This document shows, piece by piece, positions 37,630 through 46,433 of a stretch of 64,000 nucleotides of DNA. Position numbers and translations under genes: made by a program. The notes below the pieces were generated by a model. The model was not told the origin of the DNA, made no database searches, and saw only the letters and a program-made list of their open reading frames with translations. The DNA is from Bradymonadia bacterium. Lineage in GTDB: Bacteria; Myxococcota_A; Bradymonadia; UBA7976; UBA1532. Position 1 is the stretch's first letter. Each line of letters starts with the position of its first letter. The stretch is from positions 106,313-170,312 of the forward strand of contig JBKAGE010000077.1 of the NCBI GenBank assembly GCA_046290225.1, in the 5' to 3' direction.

Positions 37630-38988
37630 ATGACCACCCCGACGCTGCTGTTTCCCAATGACTTCCTGTGGGGCGTCGCCACCTCTTCGTATCAGATCGA
37701 AGGGGCCGCCGAGGTCGATGGCCGCGGGGCATCGATTTGGGACACGTTCTGTGCGCAGTCGGGCACCATCGCAGACAGCAGCAATGGCGCGGTGGCATGT
37801 GATCACTATCACCGCTGGCAAGAAGACATCGGCCTGCTGGCCCGGATGGGTGTCCAGGCCTATCGCTTCTCGGTGGCCTGGCCTCGGGTGATGCCCGAGG
37901 GCCGTGGGCGAGTGGAGCAGCGAGGGCTCGACTTCTACAGCCAGCTCGTCGACGCCTTGCTCGAGCAGGGCATCGAGCCCTGGGTCACCCTCTATCACTG
38001 GGATCTGCCCCAGGCACTGCAAGACACAGGCGGCTGGGTGGCCCGTTCTACGGCAGAGGCCTTCGCCGAATACACCGAGGTGGTGGTGAAGACCCTCGGT
38101 GACCGGGTCAAGGGCTGGATCACCCACAACGAGCCCTGGTGTGCCTCAGTTCTGGGACATCTGAAGGGTCATCACGCCCCTGGGATCACCGACCCTTACG
38201 CTCATCTGACTTCGAGCCATCACATTCTGCTCAGCCATGGTCTCGCCATGCCGGTGATCCGGCAGCTGGCGCCGGGGGTGCCTGCAGGCATCACGCTGAA
38301 CCTCTCCCCCGTGGTGCCGGCATCGCCGAGCGTCGCGGACGCCGAGGCCGCCCAGCACGCGGACGCGATGCTCAACCGCTGGTACCTCGACCCCATCTCG
38401 GGTCGGGGGTACCCCGAGGAGACGCTGCGCCGTTATCGAGACGAAGGCTACGTCGACGACTGGAGCTTCCTGCACGATGGAGATCTGCAGACGATGGCCG
38501 CCACCGTCGACTTCCTGGGCATCAACTATTACTCACGTGAGATCGTGCGCAGCGATCGGGTGCCCGCCTCGGAGAACGCGCCAGTGACGGTGCGCAAGCA
38601 GGGTGAGCTCACCGATATGGGGTGGGAAATTCACCCCGACGGCATCCGCACATTGCTAGAACGCGTGCACCGCGACTACGCGTTCCCCACACTCTACATC
38701 ACCGAGAACGGCGCCGCGTACGACACAGGCCCTGAGGCCGATGGCCGGGTCCGGGATGTACGCCGACAGGCCTATCTCCACCAACACCTCGAGGCCTGCC
38801 ATCGGGCCATGGCCGTCGGGGTGCCACTTCAGGGCTACTTCGCGTGGTCCTTCATCGACAATTTCGAATGGGCGTTCGGCTACGAAAAGCGCTTCGGCCT
38901 CGTGCACGTCGATTACGAGACGCAGAAACGCACCCTCAAGGACAGCGCCCACTGGTACCGGGATGTCATCAAGCAAGGAGGTCTCTGA
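37630..38988 (+). CDS. GH1 beta-glucosidase
   Basis: FLWGVATSSYQIEG, THNEP, ITENG, DNFEW. Confidence 0.95.
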   Translation: MTTPTLLFPNDFLWGVATSSYQIEGAAEVDGRGASIWDTFCAQSGTIADSSNGAVACDHYHRWQEDIGLLARMGVQAYRFSVAWPRVMPEGRGRVEQRGLDFYSQLVDALLEQGIEPWVTLYHWDLPQALQDTGGWVARSTAEAFAEYTEVVVKTLGDRVKGWITHNEPWCASVLGHLKGHHAPGITDPYAHLTSSHHILLSHGLAMPVIRQLAPGVPAGITLNLSPVVPASPSVADAEAAQHADAMLNRWYLDPISGRGYPEETLRRYRDEGYVDDWSFLHDGDLQTMAATVDFLGINYYSREIVRSDRVPASENAPVTVRKQGELTDMGWEIHPDGIRTLLERVHRDYAFPTLYITENGAAYDTGPEADGRVRDVRRQAYLHQHLEACHRAMAVGVPLQGYFAWSFIDNFEWAFGYEKRFGLVHVDYETQKRTLKDSAHWYRDVIKQGGL

Positions 38989-41900
38989 TGAGAGCCCTAC
39001 TCGCCCTGCTGGGGGCCGTGGCCCTCACTGGCGTCGCCACAGGCGCCGCTTGGGGCGCACCCAACGACGTCAAGACCGTCAAGGACGAAGGCGGCTGGCG
39101 GCTGATGGTCGACGGCAAGCCGACGATGGTCTTCGGCATGAACTGGGGATACATCCCCATCGGGCAGAACTATTCGTGGGTGCTCTGGCATCAGCCGGAC
39201 GACGTCATCGAAGACGCCCTGCGCCGTGAGATGCCCCTGCTGCAAGGCATGGGCGTCAACGCGATCCGACAGTACCCCGACATCCCGTCGAAGTGGGTCA
39301 CCTGGATCTACGAGAACTACGGCATCTACACCGTGGTGAACCACACCCTGGGCCGCTACGGCTTCTCGGTGGACGGGGTCTGGGTGCCCAACACCGACTA
39401 CTCTGATCCTGCGACCCGCAAGGCCATCATGGCCGACGTCGACGCCATGGTGAGCCGATACAAGGACACCCGCGGTGTGCTGATGTACATGCTGGGCAAC
39501 GAGAACAACTACGGCCTGGTCTGGACCTCCTTCGAGGCGGAGAACCTGCCCACCGCCGCGGCCAAAGACGAGGCCCGGGCGGAGCCGCTCTACACCCTCT
39601 TTGGCGAGTCGGCTACCCGCATCAAAGCCGTGGACAAGCATCACCCCGTGTCGATGGCCAACGGCGACATGGGCTACGTCGAGCTCATCGCCAAGCACTG
39701 CAAAGACATCGACGTCTTCGGCTCGAACGTCTACCGCGGCAAGTCGTCGCGCGATCTGTTCGACAAGGTGGACGAGATCCTCGATCGGCCTTTCATGTAC
39801 ACCGAGTTCGGGTCCGACGCCTTCAACGCCCGTACTGATCAAGAAGACGCCAACGCCCAGGCAGAGTATTTGCGCCTGCAGTGGCAGGAGATCTACGAGC
39901 ACGCCCACGGCAAGGGCCGCAGCGGCGTGGCCATCGGCGGCATGATCTTCCAGTGGAGCGACGGCTGGTGGAAGCACAAGCAGGTGGAGAACCTCGATGT
40001 GCACGACAACACCGCCACCTGGGCCACGGGGGCCTACCCCCACGACTTTGTCGAGGGCCAGAACAACATGAACGAGGAGTGGTTCGGCATCGCCGCCAAG
40101 ACCTTCCCCGACGATCGGGGGGTCTTCGATGTGCAACCCCGAACGGCCTACTACCTGCTCAAAGAGGCCTTCAAACTCGACCCGTATGCCGAAGACACCA
40201 CCCCGGAGCGCATCAAGGCCCACTTCGGCGCCCTGAAGCCCATCGATTACGAGGCTGATTACAAGGCTGACCGGGCCCTCGCCCTGGCCAAGGACAACGC
40301 CAAGTACCGCATCAGCCGCCTCGAGCTGCGGCTGGAGTCGATCTACTCCGCCGGTGATGACCGCACGGTGCGCGACTCGCGCACCCTCGTCGATCACACG
40401 CAGAGCGCCTTCTTCGACATCACCGCGGAGCCCAACTCCGATGTCCGTGGCCGGGTGTCGTTCAACGTGCTCGGCGACGTGGCCCAGAACCGCCTCAACG
40501 ACATTTTCTACGAGAACCGCGGCCGTGACCTGCGCACAGATCCGGACGCCCTGCCCACCGAGGAGACTCAAGATCTCAGCGGTCTGGAGCGGGTGGCGAT
40601 CTATCAGGCAGAGCTCGAGATCAAGCAGGACTACTACAACCTCAAGGGCTATTACCGCGTCGGCCACTTCCACTGGGGCGACGAGGGCGACTTCTTCGGG
40701 CTCTATCCGGAGGCCTACTACGGGCCCTTCCCCGACATCTACAACGCCAACACCCCCATCGGCTTCGAGTTCGAGGGCAAGAAGGTGCTCGACGGCCTCA
40801 AGCTGGCCTTCGGCCCCGAGATGTACTGGGGCGCCAACCCCGGCATCATCGCGAAGTACCACCGCAAGTTCGGCGGCTTCGAGTTCGCCCTGATGCACCA
40901 CGAAGATCTGGGCACCAACGCCACGAGCGGCACCTCGAACGTGATCCCCATCCGCCGCAGCCGCCGGTCCTCGCTGACCTTCGGCTACAGCGACGGCGGC
41001 CTGCGCATCGACGCCGGCGTGCTGGCCTCGGGCAGCGATCGCATCGGGGAGCAGTTCTTCTGGACCGAAGAGGTGAGCGGCCGCGGCTACCGCGACACCG
41101 GCCTCGCCCTCTACGACGACGAGATCACCTTCCTCGACACCCTCGGTGGCAAGGCTCGCGTCACCTACCTCGGCGGCTGGTGGCAGGCCTACGTGCACGG
41201 GGTCTTCAAGGGCCTCGTCTCCGCGGCAGGCGCAGATCCGCGTCAGCGCTTCACGGGCTGGAGCCTGAACGAGAGCGGAAACGGCAACCAGATCGGCGGC
41301 CTCGCCGGGGTGGCTATGACCTTCGGCTCGTTCCAGATCGCCCCTCACATGCTCTGGCAGAAGCCCCTCGTGGGGCCCATCGATCCCACGGGTGACTTCT
41401 ACAGCGCCAACAGCGGCATCTACTACCCGGGCATGCGGGCGCGAAACCAGCTCGACGACGCCTTCGCGGTCCTCGACAACCGGGAGACCCTCGGCGTCGA
41501 GCTGCTGTTGGTGTGGGATCCGACCCCCGGCACCTGGTTCTGGCAGTTCGACAACCCGATCCGCGAGGACGCGCCCTTCGCTGCAGCCCTCGACCTGGTC
41601 TATCGCCACCAGCCCACCACCCGCGACGCCCGCTTCGGGGTGAACGAAGACGGCCTGTTCTTCGCGTTCCCCGGGGCACCCGAAGCCGAGGATGTCTGGG
41701 ACGTCACCGGCCGCTGGGTGGCCAACCCCGGCGGCGGTGTCCGCCTCATCGGCAACGTGTTCGGTGGCAAGGGGCAGTCCCGCGGCGTCGACGAGCGCCT
41801 CATCTTCCGCTACGGCGCCGACGTCAGGCTGATCCGCCTGCCCTTCGACGTGATGCTCTCTGCAGCCATCGACGACTGGGGCCCGTACGACTTCCACAAA

Positions 41901-42113
41901 GACTTCAACCAGACCTTCCCTTTCCAGGGGAACGCCGACTTCGCCTATGTCATGGGGATGAAAGACCTCCAGATCTCTCGCGTCAAATTCGGCCTCCGTG
42001 GCATCTTCAGAACACTGGACGAGAACTCTGGTGAGTATGTCGTCGACCCCAACAACCCCGGCGCCCTCGGCCAGGAGTGGGAAGTTGGCTCTTACATCCA
42101 CCTGAACCTGTGA
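38988..42113 (+). CDS. GH2-like TIM-barrel glycoside hydrolase fused to a probable outer-membrane beta-barrel
   Basis: Signal peptide, GVNAIRQY, LGNENNY, YTEFGSD; C-terminal half has amphipathic beta strands and ends WEVGSYIHLNL. Confidence 0.75.
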   Translation: MRALLALLGAVALTGVATGAAWGAPNDVKTVKDEGGWRLMVDGKPTMVFGMNWGYIPIGQNYSWVLWHQPDDVIEDALRREMPLLQGMGVNAIRQYPDIPSKWVTWIYENYGIYTVVNHTLGRYGFSVDGVWVPNTDYSDPATRKAIMADVDAMVSRYKDTRGVLMYMLGNENNYGLVWTSFEAENLPTAAAKDEARAEPLYTLFGESATRIKAVDKHHPVSMANGDMGYVELIAKHCKDIDVFGSNVYRGKSSRDLFDKVDEILDRPFMYTEFGSDAFNARTDQEDANAQAEYLRLQWQEIYEHAHGKGRSGVAIGGMIFQWSDGWWKHKQVENLDVHDNTATWATGAYPHDFVEGQNNMNEEWFGIAAKTFPDDRGVFDVQPRTAYYLLKEAFKLDPYAEDTTPERIKAHFGALKPIDYEADYKADRALALAKDNAKYRISRLELRLESIYSAGDDRTVRDSRTLVDHTQSAFFDITAEPNSDVRGRVSFNVLGDVAQNRLNDIFYENRGRDLRTDPDALPTEETQDLSGLERVAIYQAELEIKQDYYNLKGYYRVGHFHWGDEGDFFGLYPEAYYGPFPDIYNANTPIGFEFEGKKVLDGLKLAFGPEMYWGANPGIIAKYHRKFGGFEFALMHHEDLGTNATSGTSNVIPIRRSRRSSLTFGYSDGGLRIDAGVLASGSDRIGEQFFWTEEVSGRGYRDTGLALYDDEITFLDTLGGKARVTYLGGWWQAYVHGVFKGLVSAAGADPRQRFTGWSLNESGNGNQIGGLAGVAMTFGSFQIAPHMLWQKPLVGPIDPTGDFYSANSGIYYPGMRARNQLDDAFAVLDNRETLGVELLLVWDPTPGTWFWQFDNPIREDAPFAAALDLVYRHQPTTRDARFGVNEDGLFFAFPGAPEAEDVWDVTGRWVANPGGGVRLIGNVFGGKGQSRGVDERLIFRYGADVRLIRLPFDVMLSAAIDDWGPYDFHKDFNQTFPFQGNADFAYVMGMKDLQISRVKFGLRGIFRTLDENSGEYVVDPNNPGALGQEWEVGSYIHLNL

Positions 42114-42121
42114 GGCCCACC

Positions 42122-42724
42122 ATGCGACACAACTCTTTGGCAGTATGTGCCATCGTTGCCCTCTCGGGGGCGCTCTTGGGTGGCTGTGTAGACGCCCCGG
42201 ATTACTTCTACGCCGAGAAGGTCACAGATCAGCAGTTCGTGCCCCTGAACACGACGGTGGGTGTGTACCCGGACGACACGGTGGTCATCGACCCCAACAA
42301 TCCCTTCCGGAACTATGGCATCGGCGCCGAGACCAAATGGGACATCGAGGGCGATGGTGATCCGGTGGCGGGCTTCTATAGCTGGGCCACGCTGCTGACG
42401 CAGATCCCCACGGGGGAGCATCAGTACTACGCTGCGCTGAACATGAAGGCCATCTACGAGTCGGGGCAGACCGCCGACGAGCACATCGAGGCCACACGAG
42501 AGCTCGCCATCGCCGGGTTCCGCTCGTTGCTGGAGAACTTCCCCGAGTCGGTGACCTTCGATCCGACGGGTACCCAGGCCTTCCCCCTCTCCACACCGGC
42601 GCTGCAAGCGCTCATCGACCTGGACTCTTCTGCGCCGGGCTGGGCCCTGGTCACGACCCCCGAGGGTTTCCCAGTGGCGGTGAAGGTGGCCGACGTGCCC
42701 CCGCCCGCCGAGGAGGACGAATGA
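42122..42724 (+). CDS. Lipoprotein of the glucan locus
   Basis: Lipobox LGGC; operonic spacing. Confidence 0.7.
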   Translation: MRHNSLAVCAIVALSGALLGGCVDAPDYFYAEKVTDQQFVPLNTTVGVYPDDTVVIDPNNPFRNYGIGAETKWDIEGDGDPVAGFYSWATLLTQIPTGEHQYYAALNMKAIYESGQTADEHIEATRELAIAGFRSLLENFPESVTFDPTGTQAFPLSTPALQALIDLDSSAPGWALVTTPEGFPVAVKVADVPPPAEEDE

Positions 42725-43392
42725 TGCGGTCTCTCTACCGAGCGCTCTGTTGCGCCACGGCGATGCTGGCCCTCACCGCCTGCCGCGGTGACTCGGGGCC
42801 CGATGACTACGCCAGCCAGGAGATCATCCCCGACGCTTTCCTGCCCATCGACGCCAGCATCGTCGAGGGCGAGGAGCGCCTGAACATGGGGCTGTTCTAC
42901 GAGGGTCCTGCCATGGACCAGGCGGTGATCGACGGCACAAACAACTTCTTCTATGTGTACGAGAGCACTTTCTCGCTCGTGCCCGAGGCCCGCGATCGCG
43001 TCGAAGGCAGCGCCAGCGATCGCCTCAACCACGGCGGCGGTCCCTGGTGGGGCGGCGGCATCCACTGGGAGAACGCCCCCCGGGACATCACCCGCTACAC
43101 CAACCTGCACATCAGCTTGAAGTCGAACTTCGCGAGCTACGCGGGTTTGCGCATGGCCATGCAGGACACCGCCGGCGGCCGGGCCCTCGTCACCTTCTCT
43201 GATTACGGCTTCGCCGCGGACGGTGAGTGGCACTCGATGGTGATCCCCCTGCAGGACTTCGCCGACGCCGGGGTCGATCTGACCACGGTGGAGATCGCCA
43301 TCGCCTTCGACGGCGACGCAGGCGAGCGCGGCGAGAGCGTGCTCGTCGACGGTCTGTTCCTCAGCGCCCCCTCAGCGAGCGACGCCAACTGA
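42721..43392 (+). CDS. Lipoprotein with galactose-binding-like carbohydrate-binding module
   Basis: Lipobox LTAC; WWGGGI, DGEWHSMVIPLQDF, VDLT typical of beta-sandwich CBMs. Confidence 0.7.
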   Translation: MMRSLYRALCCATAMLALTACRGDSGPDDYASQEIIPDAFLPIDASIVEGEERLNMGLFYEGPAMDQAVIDGTNNFFYVYESTFSLVPEARDRVEGSASDRLNHGGGPWWGGGIHWENAPRDITRYTNLHISLKSNFASYAGLRMAMQDTAGGRALVTFSDYGFAADGEWHSMVIPLQDFADAGVDLTTVEIAIAFDGDAGERGESVLVDGLFLSAPSASDAN

Positions 43393-43447
43393 TCGCGCCA
43401 ACGTGCCTGCTCACGATGGATGCCTCCCCCCTGTCTCTGCCTGCCTT

Positions 43448-43478
43448 CATTGCCTGCAATGTCTGCATTGCCTACACT
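43448..43478 (+). promoter_or_regulatory. Putative sigma70 promoter with overlapping palindromic operator
   Basis: TTGCCT(43450)-17 nt-TACACT(43473); CATTGC-CT-GCAATG palindrome at 43448-43461. Confidence 0.55.
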
Positions 43479-43510
43479 GATGCAATTGTCACTCATCGAC
43501 AGGTGGTTTC

Positions 43511-43792
43511 ATGACACAGCTCACGATCCACAAACTGGATGATGCCCTCGTACGCGCTCTCAGAGTCCGTGCGGCAGAGCGGGGCCACTCCATAGAAGCT
43601 GAGGTTCGCGCCATCCTGCATGAAGTCCTCATGTCACGCCCCGACGAGCGCGCCTTAGTCGATCACATTCTCGCGATGCCTACTGATGCCACCGAGGAAG
43701 ATCCATTCCCCAGGCTGAACGACGTATGCGACGTGATTCGCACCCGCACACGCATCGTGAATCCATTTGAATCAACAACTGAGCCGCAATGA
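43511..43792 (+). CDS. FitA/StbC-like ribbon-helix-helix antitoxin, possibly carrying a fused PIN-toxin tail
   Basis: QLTIHKLDDALVRALRVRAAERGHSIEAEVRAIL; tail RIVNPFE. Confidence 0.75.
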   Translation: MTQLTIHKLDDALVRALRVRAAERGHSIEAEVRAILHEVLMSRPDERALVDHILAMPTDATEEDPFPRLNDVCDVIRTRTRIVNPFESTTEPQ

Positions 43793-44406
43793 CAACACCA
43801 CTGCGGACCCGCCGTGTCCATGCCCTGAACACCCTGAAATGGCTGGCGCCTTTCCTGTTCATCCTGATGGGTCACGGCAGCTGCGGTCCCCGAGGGCCAG
43901 AGGCGGCGTTGGCCACGTTGATGAGCGTGCCAGCGGTGTTGCTGGTGGGCTGTCTACTCCTCTTCAGCCTCGAAGCGCCCTGGGCACGCATCTCACCCCC
44001 CCGTACGGTGAAGACCTCCCCCTGGCGCAGATGGCAGTGGCTGCTCGGCGGCAGCCTGCTCTTCTCTCTGATCTGCCTGTTCGTGCCTCTGGGCCGGGAA
44101 GCCGTGGAGTGGTCGCTCTTCGCGGTGCCGGTCTTTGGTGGCTCCTGGCTGACCTTCATGCTGATCGCGTGGCGTTATCTACGCCACATCGATCCCACAG
44201 GTGCACGGGCAGTGCGTGCGTCACCGGTCATCGCGCTGGGCATCACGCTGTGGCCGGTGATCCCGCTTTTTGCATCTTCGGGTGAAGCCCCCGGCGAGCT
44301 GCTGGCCTTCTGGTTCTACACCGGCGTGCTCGGCGCAGTGGGTGGGGTGATCTGGCTACTGCTCATGGCCGAAGCGTGGTGGCGCGCGCTGCACACGGAC
44401 AGGTAG
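43789..44406 (+). CDS. Hypothetical membrane protein
   Basis: Several hydrophobic helices; ATGA overlap with the upstream stop. Confidence 0.6.
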   Translation: MTTPLRTRRVHALNTLKWLAPFLFILMGHGSCGPRGPEAALATLMSVPAVLLVGCLLLFSLEAPWARISPPRTVKTSPWRRWQWLLGGSLLFSLICLFVPLGREAVEWSLFAVPVFGGSWLTFMLIAWRYLRHIDPTGARAVRASPVIALGITLWPVIPLFASSGEAPGELLAFWFYTGVLGAVGGVIWLLLMAEAWWRALHTDR

Positions 44407-44529
44407 TTTGGCCTCACCCGGCCGCTCAACCTCGGACAAAAACTCGTCGAAAGATCTCAGCATCGGGAACGTGTTCCCCTGGAAGGCGTCAAACCAGTAC
44501 GCTGACCCTGCACTGCCGAGGAGACCGTG

Positions 44530-45867
44530 ATGTCCCTGCTCTCGACCACTCTGCGCCCCATGGCCCGCTTCGGCCTCCCTGCGATCCTGGGCTTCGCGGG
44601 TCTCGCCGGCTGCGGCGCTCGCCCTGCACCTCAGCAGGAGACCCCCAAACAAGTGGTGGAGATGGACTCGATGGTCATCGAGTACCAGGGAGAGCAGGAC
44701 GGCAAGTCGGTGACTGTGGCCTTCGACGATGCGGCGCTCTTCACCGAAGCCAAGGGCTACTTCGACGGTCAGAAGTTCGAAGAGGCCCAAGCAAGCTACG
44801 GCAAGCTGCTCAAGTATTTTCCCAAGAGCAGCTATGTGCACGCCGCGCTCTACAACCGGGGGCTGTGTTTCGAGCACTTGAAGCAGTACGGCGAGGCTGC
44901 CAACCACTTCCGCCGGTACATTCAGCTGTCGAAGAGCCTCGAAGACCAGCGCGACGGTGAGTTCCGCTGGGGCTACAACCTGATCAAGACCGAGGACTGG
45001 CCCACGGCCCTCGATCTCTACAATCGGCTGCTCAAAGATCCTCAGGGCCTCGGGGAGGCCGATCTCGCCGAGGCATATCTGCGCCGGGCCACGGCCCTCA
45101 CGGCCATGGATCAGTTCGGCGAGTCAGAACGGGATCTCAAGAAGTCGATGCGCCTCATCGAGAAGGCCTACAGCGGGGTCACCGAAGGCAACCCGCTCTA
45201 TGCCGAGGCCCACTTCCGCCGGGGCCAGATCTACGAGACGCTGTTCCGCAAAGTGCAGCTCAAGCTGCCCGCAGAGCAGATGAAGGTCGATCTACAGGAC
45301 AAGGTGCGTTTCTTCAGGCAGTCGCAGTCGAGCTATCTCGACGCCCTCAACGTACGCGAGCCCTTCTGGGCCACGGCGGCAGGCTTCAAGCTCGGCGAGC
45401 TGTACGAGGTGTTCTACATGCACATCTTGCAGTCCGAGGTGCCCGACGAGTTCGATGACGAGACCCGACGCTTCTACTTCGTCGAGCTCAAGCGCAAGCT
45501 GCGCCCCCTCATGGAGCAGGCGCTGACGATCTACGAGAAGAACATCAGCATGAGCCAGCGGGTGGGCACGGAGAACGAGTGGGTGAGCGAGACCGACGCC
45601 CGCATGGCCCGGCTGCGCGATCTCCTGGAGGCGAGTCTCAAGGAAGAGAAGGCCATGGAAGAAGAGGAGCGGGCCTACGAAGAGGCCCAGAAAGCCCGGA
45701 AGTCGAAGAAGGGCAAGGGCAAGCCTCAGGCTTCCCGGGTCGACCTGAACGCCGCGCCGGTTGCGAGCCGTGGTTTGACGCCCCGAGACATGCTGTCGCC
45801 GCGTCGGGCAGTGGCCCACCAACCTGCAGGCCGCCCGGGGAGTATCTCAAGTCGCGCAGGGGAGTAA
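44530..45867 (+). CDS. TPR-repeat lipoprotein
   Basis: Lipobox LAGC; TPR patterns (ALYNRGLCF, AYLRRA, AHFRRGQIY). Confidence 0.8.
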   Translation: MSLLSTTLRPMARFGLPAILGFAGLAGCGARPAPQQETPKQVVEMDSMVIEYQGEQDGKSVTVAFDDAALFTEAKGYFDGQKFEEAQASYGKLLKYFPKSSYVHAALYNRGLCFEHLKQYGEAANHFRRYIQLSKSLEDQRDGEFRWGYNLIKTEDWPTALDLYNRLLKDPQGLGEADLAEAYLRRATALTAMDQFGESERDLKKSMRLIEKAYSGVTEGNPLYAEAHFRRGQIYETLFRKVQLKLPAEQMKVDLQDKVRFFRQSQSSYLDALNVREPFWATAAGFKLGELYEVFYMHILQSEVPDEFDDETRRFYFVELKRKLRPLMEQALTIYEKNISMSQRVGTENEWVSETDARMARLRDLLEASLKEEKAMEEEERAYEEAQKARKSKKGKGKPQASRVDLNAAPVASRGLTPRDMLSPRRAVAHQPAGRPGSISSRAGE

Positions 45868-45920
45868 GAGGTCAGAACACAACGGCGGACCTCTAATTCG
45901 AACTTTTTTGCACCGACGGC

Positions 45921-45948
45921 TTGACTCTCATCTATCAACCACTACACT
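45921..45948 (+). promoter_or_regulatory. Putative sigma70 promoter
   Basis: TTGACT-16 nt-TACACT. Confidence 0.65.
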
Positions 45949-45988
45949 CACAATCACTCAACAGAAGAACACCACGGAGCCTTTCGAG

Positions 45989-46069
45989 ATGACAGCACTC
46001 TTCCACACTGATGATCATGGTCGATGGTGGCCCATGACCCGGAGTGGGGGTGCTTTCTCGACGTGTTGA
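45989..46069 (+). CDS. Putative Trp leader peptide MTALFHTDDHGRWWPMTRSGGAFSTC
   Basis: GGAG RBS at 45976-45979; TGG TGG at 46025-46030; followed by a terminator and a tRNA-Trp. Confidence 0.6.
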   Translation: MTALFHTDDHGRWWPMTRSGGAFSTC

Positions 46070-46093
46070 GCTGACTGGCTCCACGCTTCGTCC

Positions 46094-46132
46094 AAGCCCC
46101 CTCTGGCCATGTGCTCGAGGGGGTTTTCTTTT
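46094..46132 (+). terminator. Intrinsic terminator (attenuator)
   Basis: AAGCCCCCTC / GAGGGGGTTT stem followed by TCTTTT. Confidence 0.75.
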
Positions 46133-46206
46133 GCCTTTCAAGCCCTTGACCACACGCCCCCACCGCTCCGGGTCGCCCCCATGCCTCCACAATCAGGTGT
46201 CGTTAT

Positions 46207-46277
46207 AGGCCGGGCGCTGGGCGCAGGTAGGACTCCAAATCCAACCATGGAGGGTTCGATCCCCTCCCGGCCTGCCA
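46207..46277 (+). tRNA. tRNA-Trp(CCA), non-canonical with a minimal D-arm
   Basis: Acceptor AGGCCGG/CCGGCCT, G73 and encoded CCA; anticodon loop CTCCAAA; T-arm GAGGG-TTCGATC-CCCTC. Confidence 0.85.
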
Positions 46278-46433
46278 TCACTCATATTGATACATGCGCG
46301 CGACCCAAACATGTATTAAACGCAACACTTGCACCACACCACAAGTGTATCAAAACTGAGTACCCTCCACAGGGTTGACGTACGTACACATCCGGACCCA
46401 ACCTGCACCTCCCACGGATGCAGTGAGAGGCAC

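Noticed and set aside
38997..42101. 1034-aa antisense ORF
   Set aside because: Shadow of the glycoside hydrolase gene caused by GC3 bias; no recognisable motifs
45955..46132. 6S RNA or a T-box riboswitch
   Set aside because: No clear central bubble or usual 6S gene context, and no T-box AGGGTGGNACC motif; leader peptide plus terminator fits better, although an sRNA is not fully excluded
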